Below are positions 52,526 through 64,000 of a DNA stretch of 64,000 bases, piece by piece. Positions within the stretch are counted from its first letter, which is position 1. Every line of letters starts with the position of its first letter. Origin of the DNA: Phaeosaccion multiseriatum (taxonomy: Eukaryota; Protista; Ochrophyta, other classes). The notes beneath the pieces were generated by a model. It was given only the letters and a program-made list of their open reading frames with translations. It ran no database searches and was not told the DNA's origin. A program made the position numbers and the translations under genes. Location: assembly GCA_965112735.1 (NCBI GenBank), contig OZ218962.1, forward strand, positions 1,240,001 to 1,304,000. Reading direction: 5' to 3'.

Positions 52526-54070
52526 AGACAAGAGCGTATAGACTAGGACATGATTGAGGCAGGTGTAAAAGGAGGGGACAAAGCCCTGGTACTGGGAGCT
52601 GTTCCGGCCGGGAAGGGTCTTCAGCCCACGCCCTGGCTGCCCTTGGCTCGAAGGCTGACAGAGCGCTGTGAGGGCGTGTGTGCGTGAGGTTGGGAGTGGA
52701 CGATGGGCTGAGAGGCAGCGTCATGAGCGTCATGAGCAAAGAAAGAGGAGGAGGAGGGAACAGCCAGCCAGGCGTAGCCGAAGGAGCGGTCGAGAGGCCA
52801 AACAAGCGATGCCATCGCGCTGAAGCGCCGCCCCAGGAGGGATAAATACGTAATTTATTTACTTCCGACTTGAGTAGTAGTGGCAAAGAGAGAGAGGGAG
52901 GTTTAAGAGTATTGGCTGATAAGCAACGTCCACACTTGGGGTCTTCAACTCTGGGGCTCTGGGCCCTCCTGCACTACGTTTATGGAGTTCTGTTAAGGAC
53001 AAAAATCTTATCGCGGAAGGGACATCGCAACACGACAATTGTCGCGAAGAGCTACTACTTGATTGATTGCAATTTATAATTGTTCGCAAGGGGTACTAAT
53101 CCTTGTGTTGTTCGGCGGCAGAACACAAATTCGATACGGCACGTAGTCCTGTCTTGCGGTACCCATGCCTGGGGGGCATGCTAGCGGGACAGAGCAGGAA
53201 GGAAATGGGGACGAAGAGGTTGCCGAGATCTCTAGTCAAGGAGCAGGTGGAGGGGGTATAGATCCTCAGGAGGCAGCTGTTCCTACAGATGCAGCAGCTG
53301 ACAAACTTAGTGGCCCAGTTGAGCGCAAGCTCAACAGCAGGAAGTTCTGTTGTGTCAGGGGCAGGAAGCCAAGGAGGTGCGTCAGGCAGTGGCGGCACCG
53401 TAGCGGCCGGGAGGGGGAGGCAGACCAGCACGGGCGGGGGGGCGGCCGGGGGCCGGCCCGGGGGGGGGCGGGCGGGGGGGGCAGGCAGCCAGCCAGGCAG
53501 CAGCGGTAGCAGGCCAGCAGCTCTCTGATTTGTTCGAGCTACAAGTCAAAGGTGCACCCCTTCTCTTCCGAGCTGAAAGAAGGTCATATCGGGGGGGGGG
53601 GCGCGGGGAATCGGACAATCGGACGGAGGATCTCTTCCGCCGTTTCGTTTTTTGCCGGGGATGGCACCAGAGGGCGAACGACTGCAAAAGTAATGCCCGC
53701 AGGAGAGATGGAGAGCAAAAGAAGAGAACACAAACAGTCGCAGAAGCCAAGAGGAGAGGAAGCCCGTACCAGTTCTACAATTTCCAGCCAGCCGCACGCC
53801 ACGCTAGCGCTAGTCTACTAGACCTGCCTTTTGAGAGAGAAGGAGCCGTCGCTGCCTCTGCCGGAGTTAACGCCACAGCCATATTCGGAGGAAAAAGGTA
53901 AAAGGGGTTACGTGCGTGCGGGTGAAGTCTTGTTTCTAGACTGCTGCACAACCTGCGCTAACGCAGCCTGTTCTTGGCTGCCTGCTGCTTCTCTCTCGCT
54001 TGTCTTGACTGGTGCACCAGCCAGAGCCACCACCAGACGTCGCTCAAAGCAACAAGGAGTACTAGCACGA

Positions 54071-57000
54071 TGCCGGTGGTTTCGGAGAAATGGATTGATG
54101 TGACGCGCGCGTCTAAAAGAGGACGAGGAGCAAAGACTCCAGAGAAGAACAAGGGGCGAGAGCGGCAGCAGGAGGAGGGCCGAGCCGCCAAGAAGAAGAA
54201 GAAGGACAAGAACAACGGCGAAAGGTAGGCAGCTAAGAAGCCCTTGCTTAGCGTCTGCCTGCGCCCGTTGCTGCGCAAGGAAACATTGCTCCTAACGCCC
54301 CTCTCTTTCGCTCTCCCTGTCTTGGCTGGCAGGCGGCAGACAAGTCCAACAAGGCCGCGCGTCTCCACAGGAGGACGAGGAGGAGGACGAGGAGCAAAGA
54401 CTCAAGAGAAGAACAAGGGGCGAGAGGGGCAGGAGGGCGGAGTCACCACGAAGAAGGCCGCCAAGAACAAGAACAAAAGGTAGGCAAAGCAGCTAAGAAG
54501 CCCTGCCTTGCTTAGCGTCTGGTGCCTGCGCCCGTTGCTGCGCAAGGAGGAAACATTGCTCCTAACGCCCCTGCCCTCTCTTTCGCTCTCGCTCCCTGTC
54601 TTGGCTGGCAGGCAGGAAACAAGTCCAAGGCCACGGACGATGGGATGCTTCCTTCCTCCTCGTCCTGCTGGGCCTGTCCACGACCAGAAGGAGGCCACCG
54701 GGGCTCTTCCCAGCAGACTGGCTGGCGGCCGGCAACATCAACAACGAGGAGAAGGCCGTCGCAGCAGTGCCACCAGCAAGGAGAGCAGTCCTCCTCATCC
54801 CAAGCCCACCAACCGCGGCCTCTGGAGTGGTGCCAACCACTGTTGGTTGAATTGCGTCATACAGCTACTCAACACTATTTACTCTGAAACTCCGGAAGCG
54901 TGGCAGGCATTGCATTTGCCGGAGGAGCTCGAGGATACACTCCTTCTGCTGATGGGGCACGTCAACGGGGAATCACCCGCCAACGCATGGAAACTACGCC
55001 AGCTGGTGGACAAAGTCGAGGTCATGTTGGCAGATCTCTTGAAGGGTAACATGAAAATCGCTTTGGGCGAGCAGAACGATGCTGCAGCGGTGCTGAGAGC
55101 GCTCTCCCAGCGGGGCCACGACAACGACGCCAGTGACAAAACCAATGTCACGACCTACATCGCCCACCAAAAAGCACATATAGTGGAGTATGAGGTAAGT
55201 TTTAGTTAGGGAGGGGAGGGGATGGAAGGGAGGGGAGGTGAGGGTGGGGATGGAAGGGAGGGGAGAGAGGGAGGTGAGGGAGGAAGGGAGAGAGGGGGGG
55301 TGGGGATGGAAGGGAGGGGAGGGAGGGGGGGAGGGATGGGGGTGAGGGAGGGAGGGAGGGATGGGGGTGAGGGAGGGAGGGAGGTGAGGGTAGAGAGGGA
55401 AGGAGAGGGAGGGAGGGAGGGAAAGAAGGAGGGAGGGAGGGAGGCAGAGAGAGGGGCGAGGGTGGGGATGGAAGGGAGGGGAGAGAGGGGGGGAGGGATG
55501 GGGGTGAGGGAGGGAGGGAGGGATGGGGGTGAGGGAGGGAGGGAGGTGAGGGTAGAGAGGGAAGGAGAGGGAGGGAGGGAGGGAAAGAAGGAGGGAGGGA
55601 GGGAGGCAGAGAGAGGGGCGAGGGTGGGGATGGAAGGGAGGGGAGAGAGGGAGGGAGGGAGGGAGGGAGGGACGGACGGAGGGAGAGAGGGAGAGAGGGA
55701 GGCCTCCCTTCAGGCGTCCCTCCCTCTCCTTCAGGCGTCCCTTCTGCCCTCCCTCCCTCCCTCCCTCCGTCCGTCCCTCTCTCCCTCCCTCCCTCCCTCC
55801 CTCCGTCCGTCCCTCTCTCCCTCCCTCCCTCCCCTCCCTCCGTCCGTCCCTCTCTCCCTCCCTCCCTCCCTCCCTCTCTCCCCTCCCTTCCATCCCCACC
55901 CTCGCTTCCCTCCCTCTCTCCCTCCCCCTCTCCCTCCCTCTCCTTCCCTCTCAACCCTCACCCCCCTCTCTCCCTCTCTCCCCTCCCTTCCATCCCCACC
56001 CTCACCTCCCTCCCTCCGTCCCTCCCTCCCTCCCTCCCTCCCTCCCTCCCTCCCTCCCTCCCTACCTCCTTCAAGGGGTGTGGGTGGGGATGGAAGGGAT
56101 GGAGGGAGGGAGGGAGGAGAGGGAAGGAGAGGGAGGGAGGGAGAGAGGGGCTGAGGGTGGAGAGGAAGGGAGAGGGAGGGAGGGAGGTGAGGGAGGGAGG
56201 GACGGAGGGAGGGAGGTGAGGGTGGGGATGGAAGGGAGGGGAGAGAGGGAGAGAGGGGGGTGAGGGTTGAGAGGGAAGGAGAGGGAGGGAGGGACGGAGG
56301 GAGGGAGGGAGGGAGGGAGGGAAGGAGGGAAGGAGAGGGAGGGAAGGAGGGAGGGAGGGAGGGAGGGAGGGAGGGAGGGAGGGAGGGAGGGAGGGAGGGA
56401 GGGAGGGAGGGAGGGAGGGAGGGAGGGAGAGAGGCACGGACGGAAGGAGGGAAGGAGAGAGGGAGGGACGGAGGGAGGCCTCCCTTCAGGCGTCCCTCCC
56501 TCTCCTTCAGGCGTCCCTCCCTCCCTCCCTCCCTCCTTCCCTCCCTCCCTCCCTCCCTCCTTCCCTCCCTCTCCTTCCCTCCTTCCCTCCCTCCCTCCCT
56601 CCCTCCCTCCCTCCCTCCCTCCCTCCCTCCCTCCCTCCCTCCCTCCCTCCCTCCCTCCCTCCCTCCCTCTCTCCCCTCCCTTCCATCCCCACCCTCCCTC
56701 CCTCTCTCCCTCCCTCCCTCCCTCTCTCCCTCCCTCCCTCCCTCCCTCCCTCCCTCCCTCCCTCCCTCCCTCCCTCCCTCCCTCCTTCAAGGGGTGTGGG
56801 TGGGGATGGAAGGGATAGAGAGAGGGAGGGTGGAGAGGGAAGGAGAGGGAGGGAGGGAGAGAGGGGCTGAGGGTGGAGAGGGAGGGAGAGGGAGGGAGGG
56901 AGGTGAGGGAGGGAGGGACGGAGGGAGGGAGGGAGGCGAGGGTGGGGATGGAAGGGAGGGGAGAGAGGGAGAGAGGGGGGTGAGGGTTGAGGGGGAAGGA

Positions 57001-60000
57001 GAGGGACGGAGGGAGGGAGGGAGGGAGGGAGGGAGGGAGGGAGGGAGGGAGGGAGGGAGAGAGGGAGGGAGAGAGGGAGGCCTCCCTTCAGGCGTCCCTC
57101 CCTCTCCTTCAGGCGTCCCTCCCTCCGTCCCTTCTGCCCTCCCTCCCTCCCTCCCTCCCTCCCTCCCTCCCTCCCTCCCTCCCTCCCTCCCTCCCTCCCT
57201 CCGTCCCTCTCTCCCTCCCTCCCTCCCTCCCTCCCTCCCTCTCTCTCTCCCTCCCTCCCTCCCTCCCTCCCTCCCTCCCTCCCTCCCTCCCTCCCTCCCT
57301 CCCTCCCTCCCTCCCTCCCTCCCTCCCTCCCTCCATCCCTTCCATCCCCACCCACACCCCTTGAAGGAGGGAGGGAGGGTGGAGAGGGAAGGAGAGGGAG
57401 GGAGGGAGAGAGAGAGGGAGGGAGGGAGGGAGGGAGGGAGAGAGGGAGGGAGGGTGGAGAGGGGAAGGAGAGGGAGGGAGGGTGGAGAGAGAGGGAGAGA
57501 GGGAGGGAGGGAGAGAGGGAGGGAGGGAGGGAGGGAGGGAGGGAGGGAGGGAGAGAGGGAGGGAGGGAGGGAGGGAGGGAGGGAGGGAGGGAGGGAGGGA
57601 GGGAGGGAGGGAGGGAGGGAGGGAGGGAGGGCGGGAGGGAGGGAGGGTGGGAAGCAGGGAGGGAGGGAGGGAGGGAGGGAGGGAGGGAGGGAGGGAGGGA
57701 GGGAGGGAGGGAGGGAGGGAGGGAGGGAGGGAGGGAGGGAGGGAGGGAGGGAGGGAGGGAGGCCTCCCTTCAGGCGTCCCTCCCTCTCCTTCAGGCGTCC
57801 CTCCCTCCCTCCCTCCCTCCCTCCCTCCCTCCCTCCCTCCCTCCCTCCCTCCCTTCCTCCCTTCCTCCCTCCCTCCCTCCCTCCCTCCCTCCCTCCGTCC
57901 CTCCCTCCGTCCCTCCCTCCCTCCCTCCCTCCCTCCCTCCCTCTCTCCCCTCCCTTCCATCCCCACCCTCCCTCCCTCTCTCCCTCCCTCCCTCTCTCCC
58001 TCTCTCCCTCCCTCCCTCCCTCTTTCCCTCTCCTGCCCTCTCTACCCTCCCTCCCTCCCTCCCTCCCTCTCTCCCTCCCTCCCTCCCTCCCTCCCTCTCT
58101 CTCTCCCTCCCTCCTTCAAGGGGTGTGGGTGGGGATGGAAGGGATGGAGGGAGGGAGGGAGGGAGGGAGAGAGGGAAGGAGAGGGAGGGAGGGAGAGAGG
58201 GGCTGAGGGTGGAGAGGGAGGGACGGAGGGAGGGAGGGAGGCGAGGGTGGGGATGGAAGGGAGGGGAGAGAGGGAGAGAGTGGGGTGAGGGTTGAGGGGG
58301 AAGGAGAGGGAGGGAGGGAGGGAGGGAGGGAGGGAGGGAGGGAGGGAGGGAGGGAGGGAGGGAGGGAGGGAGGGAGGGAACGAGAGGGAGGGAGGGAACG
58401 AGAGGGAGGGAGGGAGGGAGGGAGGGACGGAGGGAGGCCTCCCTTCAGGCGTCCCTCCCTCTCCTTCAGGCGTCCCTCCCTCCGTCCCTCCCTCCCTCCC
58501 TCCCTCCCTCTCGTTCCCTCCCTCCCTCTCTCCCTCCCACTCCCTCCCTCTCCTTCCATCCCCACCCTCGCCTCCCTCCCTCTCTCCCTCCCCCCCTCCC
58601 TCCCTCTCCTTCCCTCTCAACCCTCACCCCCCTCTCACCCTCCCCCCCTCCCTCCCTCTCCTTCCCTCTCAACCCTCACCCCCCTCTCTCCCTCTCTCCC
58701 CTCCCTTCCATCCCCACCCTCACTCCCTCCCTCCCTCTCTCCCTCCCTCCCTCCCTCCCTCCCTCCCTCCCTCCCTCCCTCCCTTCCTCCCTCTCTCTCT
58801 CCCTCCCTCCCTCTCCTTCCCTCTCCACCCTCCCTCTCTCCCTCTCTCCCTCCCTCCGTCCCTCCCTCCCTCCCCCCCTCCCTCCCTCTCTTCCTCCCTC
58901 TCTCTCCCTCCTCCCTCCTTCAAGGGGTGTGGGTGGGGATGGAAGGGATGGAGGGAGGGAGGGTGGAGAGGGAAGGAGAGGGAGGGAGGGAGAGAGGGGG
59001 GTGAGGGAAGGAGAGGGAGGGAGAGGGAGGGAGGGAGGTGAGGGAAGGAGAGGGAGGGAGGGAGAGAGGGAGGCGAGGGTGGGGATGGAAGGAGGGAGGG
59101 AGGTGAGGGTCGGGATGGAAGGGAGGGGGGGAGGGAGAGAGGGAGGGAGGCGAGGGTAGGGATGGAAGGAGGGAGGGAGGGAGAGAGGGGGGTGAGGGTT
59201 GAGAGGGAAGGAGAGGGAGGGAGGGGGGGAGGGAGAGAGGGAGGGAGGCGAGGGTGGGGATGGAAGGAGAGGGAGGGAGGTGGAAGGGAGGGGAGAGAGG
59301 GAGAGGGAAGGAGAGGGAGGGAGGGAAGGAGGGAGGGAGGGAGGGAGGGACGGAGGGAGGGACGGAGGAAGGCCTCCCTTCCATCCCCTCCCTCCCTCCC
59401 TCTCCTTCCACCTCCCTCTCTCCCCTCCCTTCCACCTCCCTCTCTCCCCTCCCTTCCACCTCCCTCCCTCCTTCCATCCCCCCCTCCCTCCCTCTCCTTC
59501 CCTCTCAACCCTCACCCCCCTCTCGCCCTCTCTCCCCTCCCTTCCACCTCCCTCCCTCTCCTTCCCTCTCCACCCTCGCCTCCCTCCCTCTCTCCCTCCC
59601 CCCCTCCCTTCCATCCCGACCCTCACCTCCCTCCCTCCTTCCATCCCCACCCTCGCCTCCCTCTCTCCCTCCCTCCCTCTCCTTCCCTCACCTCCCTCCC
59701 TCCCTCTCCCTCCCTCTCCTTCCCTCACTCCCCTCTCTCCCTCCCTCCCTCTCCTTCCCTCTCCACCCTCCCTCCCTCCATCCCTTCCATCCCCACCCAC
59801 ACCCCTTGAAGGAGGGAGGGAGGGTGGAGAGGGAAGGAGAGGGAGGGAGGGAGAGAGAGAGGGAGGGAGGGAGGGAGGGAGGGAGGGAGAGAGGGAGGGA
59901 GGGTGGAGAGGGGAAGGAGAGGGAGGGAGGGTGGAGAGAGAGGGAGAGAGGGAGGGAGGGAGAGAGGGAGGGAGGGAGGGAGGGAGGGAGGGAGGGAGGG

Positions 60001-62819
60001 AGGGAGGGAGGGAGGGAGGGAGGGAGGGAGGGAGGGAGGGAGGGAGAGGGAGGGAGGGGGGGGGGGAGGGCGGGAGGGAGGGAGGGTGGGAGGCAGGGAG
60101 GGAGGGAGGGAGGGAGAGAGGGAGGGAGGGAGGGGGGGAGGGAGGGAGGGAGGGAGGGAGGGAGGAGAGAGAGAGGGAGGGAGGGAGGGAAGGAGGGAGG
60201 GAGGGAGGGAAGGAGGGAGGGAGGGAGGGAGGGAGGGAGGGAGGGAAAGAGGGAGGGAGAGAGGGAGGGAGAGAGGGAGGGAGGAATGCAGGCAGGGAGG
60301 GAGGGAGAGGGAGGGAGGGAGGGAGGGAGGCAGGCAGGGAGGGAGGGAGAGAGGGAGGGAGGGAGGGAGGGAGGGAGGGAGGGTGGGAGGCAGGGAGGCA
60401 GGGAGGGAGGGAGGGAGGGAAGGAGGGAGGGAGGGAGGGAAGGAGGGAGGGAGGGAGGGAGGGAGGGAGGGAGGGAGGGAGGGAGGGAGGGAGGGAGGGA
60501 GGGACGCCTGAAGGAGAGGGAGGGAGAGAGGGAGGGAGGGAGGTGAGGGTAGAGAGGGAAGGAGAGGGAAAGAAGGAAATTGAGGGTGGTTTCAAGTCAA
60601 ATACCTCTATCCTCCCTAACTTGTCCGCCTCTCGTCCCTTGTCTTACTTTCGCGTAGCGGGCGGGCCCTTTTTCTCCGGAGGGCGGAGCCCCTACAAAGG
60701 ACGTTGGAGAGATGGCCATCCAGCCCACAATGCCTAGGCCGGGAGGAGACGGCAAGACGGGCGACCTTCGCGCTGTGCTTGTACACGAAGGTGATGGTGG
60801 AGGAGGTCATTACAGTGTGTACCTCAACAAGGGTGAGAAGGGCAGGCCCGCGTGGCTTCTCGCCGACGACGCGACTGTCTCCGCTTGCTCGGAGTCGGAG
60901 TGCGAGCTGCTGCTTTCCCTGGCCCAGGGTTTCCACTCTGCTGTGTTGGCAGTGTACCTGGAACCACCTTACACAGGAGGAGAGGAGGGTACTACTCCTA
61001 CATCGGCAGTAAACGAGAGCCACCTCGAGCCCCCCAGCAGCTCCTCCTCCTCCTCCTCCTCCTCGGACAAGGCGCAACAACAAGTGGTGAGTGGCTGCTC
61101 CCCGGACCGTAGTACTCTAGCTACGCATTCCCTCACGAACCCCTTCTACTACCCACAGGAGGCACCTCCGGCAAGCAAGAACAAGAAGAAGAGCCGCAGG
61201 CAGCGTCGAGAGGAGAAGCTCAAGAGGGAGAAGGAGGAGGCCAAGAAGGAGGAGAAGAAGAAACGACAGCAGGTGCGGAGCCAACAGGTTCAAGTCCTGT
61301 TCCGGAGGGTGATACGCTCTGTTGGGCCGAGGCTCTCGGCCGCAGTGCCAGCCCTGTCGGGCGGGCGGCATGGGTTCTCTTCGTTCATGGAGAATAGACC
61401 ACTCCCCGTCCGGGGCAATGGGATTGGGTCCTTTCGGGCGCTCGTGGATGAGATGCACCGGGAGGCCCAGGCGGGGAGGATGGAGGTGAAGGCCGTTTAC
61501 GCTGCCGGCAGCAAGGCACAAGAACAGGACGCTGCCAAGCGTCCCGACGAGAGCGTGGCAGCAGCAGCAGCAGCAGCAGCAGCCGTGGACGAAGCCATTG
61601 CCTTTGTGCAGCTTTCTCTCGCGCGTGCGACGGAGGCCAAGGCTCGAGCAGCAGCAGCGGTGGCGGCGAGAGCAGCGGCGGGAGCATCGGCGGGAGCAGC
61701 AGTAGTCCTTAGGTCAGCCATCTCAACGGCCCTCTCTGCTGTCAGAGCCACTCGTGTGGCGGGGCAGCTACTCGACCGTCTGAGGGACCAGAGCCGGACT
61801 CGGGCGCTAGCCTCCGTCGACCTCAGCACCACCACTCGCGAGGAGGGCGCCACGGGTCGCCAAGGAGACTGCCTTGCCACCGCACTCCAAACGACTCGAG
61901 AGGGTTTTGCAGAAACGTGCCGAGCGGGTGGGGCCGCTCCCTCTCTGTTGGAGGCCTTGGCCACGCCTGGTCAAGAGCTAGGGCGGGACGCCCTCCTCGC
62001 CTTTCAGAGAGGGACGGGCCAGCGCATTTGCCTGCTTCACTGGGACAGCTTGGGTGGGGTGGGTCTCACAAGGAACCCCCGCTTTGCTTCTTCTTTGTCG
62101 GGGACGGACATCTTGTACCTCCTCTTGGACCAGAGGCACTACTCCCGCCTCACACCCTCATCCGCCTTCACCAGCAGCCGGGTCGCCCAACTGCCCGTCG
62201 CGAAGCTCCTTGGAGGCGACGCCCTGCTCCTTGGAGGGGCGCGCGAAGCGAGCGACGGAGGCCAGCAGGAGGGGTCCCCGCCGGGTCAGCACTCGTCATA
62301 TGTTCCGACATCGCCGAGCGGGAGAAAAAGACGCAAGTCGAACGACAAAGGCCTCAGTGCTGGTAGTGGTGCAGCGAGCGAGGCGGCGGGTCGTCAGCAG
62401 TCACGTGGTTCGTCGTCGGCGGGGGGTGATGGACAAGACGCGATTTACGTCTACGGCTCCGATGAAGAGTACCCCGAGCAGCCAGCCAGCACTGGTGCTC
62501 GGCTCCAATCAGCGAGCGACGAGGAGGTACGTTAGTTCACCACGTCAAGTAGCTAATTTCCGTAAGTCAATGGGGCGGGGCCAGCAAACTGAAACTTTCG
62601 GAAGCCCATTGACTGACTTGATTTGCTTGTTTGGGCACCTTGGCGCTCTCCTGTCAGGTGGCATTCGAGTGGGATGGGGCCACGGACGACGAAGCAGTTC
62701 GGGCGGCATACATCCGCCCGAACCAGCTTCTCGATGACAGTCAACACATGGAGCTCCTCACTCAAGCCTTGGTGAGCGAGCGAGGCAGGCCAGTGGGTGG
62801 TGGCTGGCTGGTTGCTTGA
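54071..62819 (+). CDS. Putative dual deubiquitinase: compact USP (C19) domain plus OTU-like domain; ends uncertain
   Basis: Cys box RGLWSGANHCWLNCVIQLL, EQNDA, His box LRAVLVHEGDGGGGHYSVY..WLLADDATVS joined in phase 0 across intron 55195-60657; OTU-like RQGDCLATAL..ELGRDALLAF..RICLL..LYLLLDQRHYSRL. Confidence 0.75.
54121..54630 (+). repeat. Tandem duplication (~265-bp unit) of an exon+intron module
   Basis: ggacgaggagcaaagact..gagaagaacaaggggcgagag..aaaggtaggc..gctaagaagccc..cctgtcttggctggcaggc occurs twice. Confidence 0.9.
55209..60575. repeat. Higher-order purine/pyrimidine satellite with repeated strand-switch junctions (intronic)
   Basis: Alternating (GGGA)-rich and (CCCT)-rich blocks joined by recurrent junction sequences. 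Confidence 0.95.
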
Positions 62820-63404
62820 ATCATTTCGATTTGTTGCTTGCTTCTTTTCTTGACCCACACACACCACCTGCATTTCCTTGCTTCTAGGAGAATTGGTGGT
62901 GCTCAGAACACCCCAACAGGAGGGCCGCTCCTCCAGGGCTCGGAAACGCCGCGCGCAGCCACGCTTTGGATCTGCTGGTGGTAAGGCCAAGAACAAGGGA
63001 CGACTTGACTTTGCCTCGCTCTTCTGGTTTGCTTACATGCTCCCTGTTCCCTGCTCATTAGGTCTCCGACCGTATTGTTTCGGCGCTCCCGGCCGGGCAA
63101 CAAGGAGGTGACGAGGACACCAAGTTGCCGGCACCGGAACCAAGAACAAATCAGGTAGCTACTAGTACTACAGGCAGGCACAAGCCAAGTGCTGGTGAGA
63201 GCCGCGGGGCTTTGCAAACAAACACTAACGCACAAACGTTGCTTGCACAAACAGGATGACGACTCGGGTGCGGAGGAGACCAAGGGGGGCGGCAAAGAGC
63301 AGGTGAGCGAGCTGCGGCCGGGGCTTTCTTGTAACAACAAACACCCACTCACACACACGGCGCGCACAGTCACAGCACACACAGAGAAAGACACACACGC
63401 AGCC

Positions 63405-64000
63405 CCCCCTCCTCCTCTCTCTCCTCTCCTCTCTTCTCTCTGTTCCTGTTGCTCTTCCTCTTTCGTCCTCCTCCCCTTCCCTCTCCCTCTTTCTTCTATC
63501 CTCCCTCCTGTCTCCCCTCTCCCCTCTCCTCCTCCTCCTCCTCCTCCTCCGCCTCCTCCTCCTGCTCCGCCTCCTCCTCCCCCTCCTCCTCCTCCTGCTC
63601 CTCCGCCTCCTCCTCCTCCTCCTCCTCCTCCTCCTCCTCCTCCTCCTCCTCCTCCTCCTCCTCCGCCTCCTCCTCCTCCTCCTTCTCCTCCTCCCTCTCC
63701 TCCCTCTCCTCCTCCTCCTCCTCCTCCTCCTCCTCCTCCTCCTCCTCCTCCTCCTCCTCCTCCTCCCCTCCCCATCCCTCCTCCTCCTCCTCCTCCTCCT
63801 CCTCTCTCCTCTCTCCTCTCCCCTTCCCCTCCCCTTCCTCTGCTCCTCCTCTCTCTTCTCTCCCTCGCTCCTCTCTTTTCTCTCCCTTCTCTCTTCTCCT
63901 CTCTCTTCTCTCTTCTCTCCCCTTCCCTCCTTCTCCTCCTCTCCTCTCTCCTCTCCCCTTCCCCTCCCCTTCCTCTGCTCCTCCTCTCTCTTGTCTCCCT
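63405..64000. repeat. (CCT)n / CT-rich low-complexity tract running off the window
   Basis: Directly visible. Confidence 0.95.

Noticed and set aside
55209-60575. Recurrent ~33-40 bp junction cassettes resembling a CRISPR array
   Set aside because: Spacers are hundreds of bases of microsatellite, orientation flips, the context is eukaryotic and there are no cas genes

Overview
Gene-dense, GC-rich eukaryotic nuclear DNA with short, mostly GT-AG introns and many microsatellites. Two genes encode a signal peptide followed by an aromatic-residue (ASAF-like) plastid-targeting motif. This points to a photosynthetic stramenopile; the (GGGA)n/(CCCT)n load suggests a eustigmatophyte-like genome (inference only). 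Recognisable genes: KAE1/OSGEP (partial), DUR3 urea transporter plus a pseudogenised DUR3 3' fragment, a divergent SpoU methylase, a plastid cyclophilin, DCTN6, CDK5RAP3, an SDR39U1/GC1 epimerase, an F-box/C2H2 protein, a Ulp1/SENP protease, a Nudix hydrolase and an LRR-IQ protein. Most notable: (1) a gene encoding a compact USP-type and an OTU-type deubiquitinase domain bracketed by ubiquitin-like LxGG motifs (candidate self-cleaving polyprotein), with the USP split by a 5.46-kb strand-switching purine/pyrimidine satellite intron; (2) a ~3,280-aa protein fusing a stand-alone dynein microtubule-binding domain, a catalytically dead alpha/beta-hydrolase, IQ, SAM and ankyrin domains; (3) a TIR/TSD-flanked MITE family, one copy carrying 1.1 kb of (CCCT)n; (4) a dispersed GCAGTTGGTGATACAG motif found in UTR, intron and coding sequence in different frames. 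All domain calls are by eye and need HMM confirmation.
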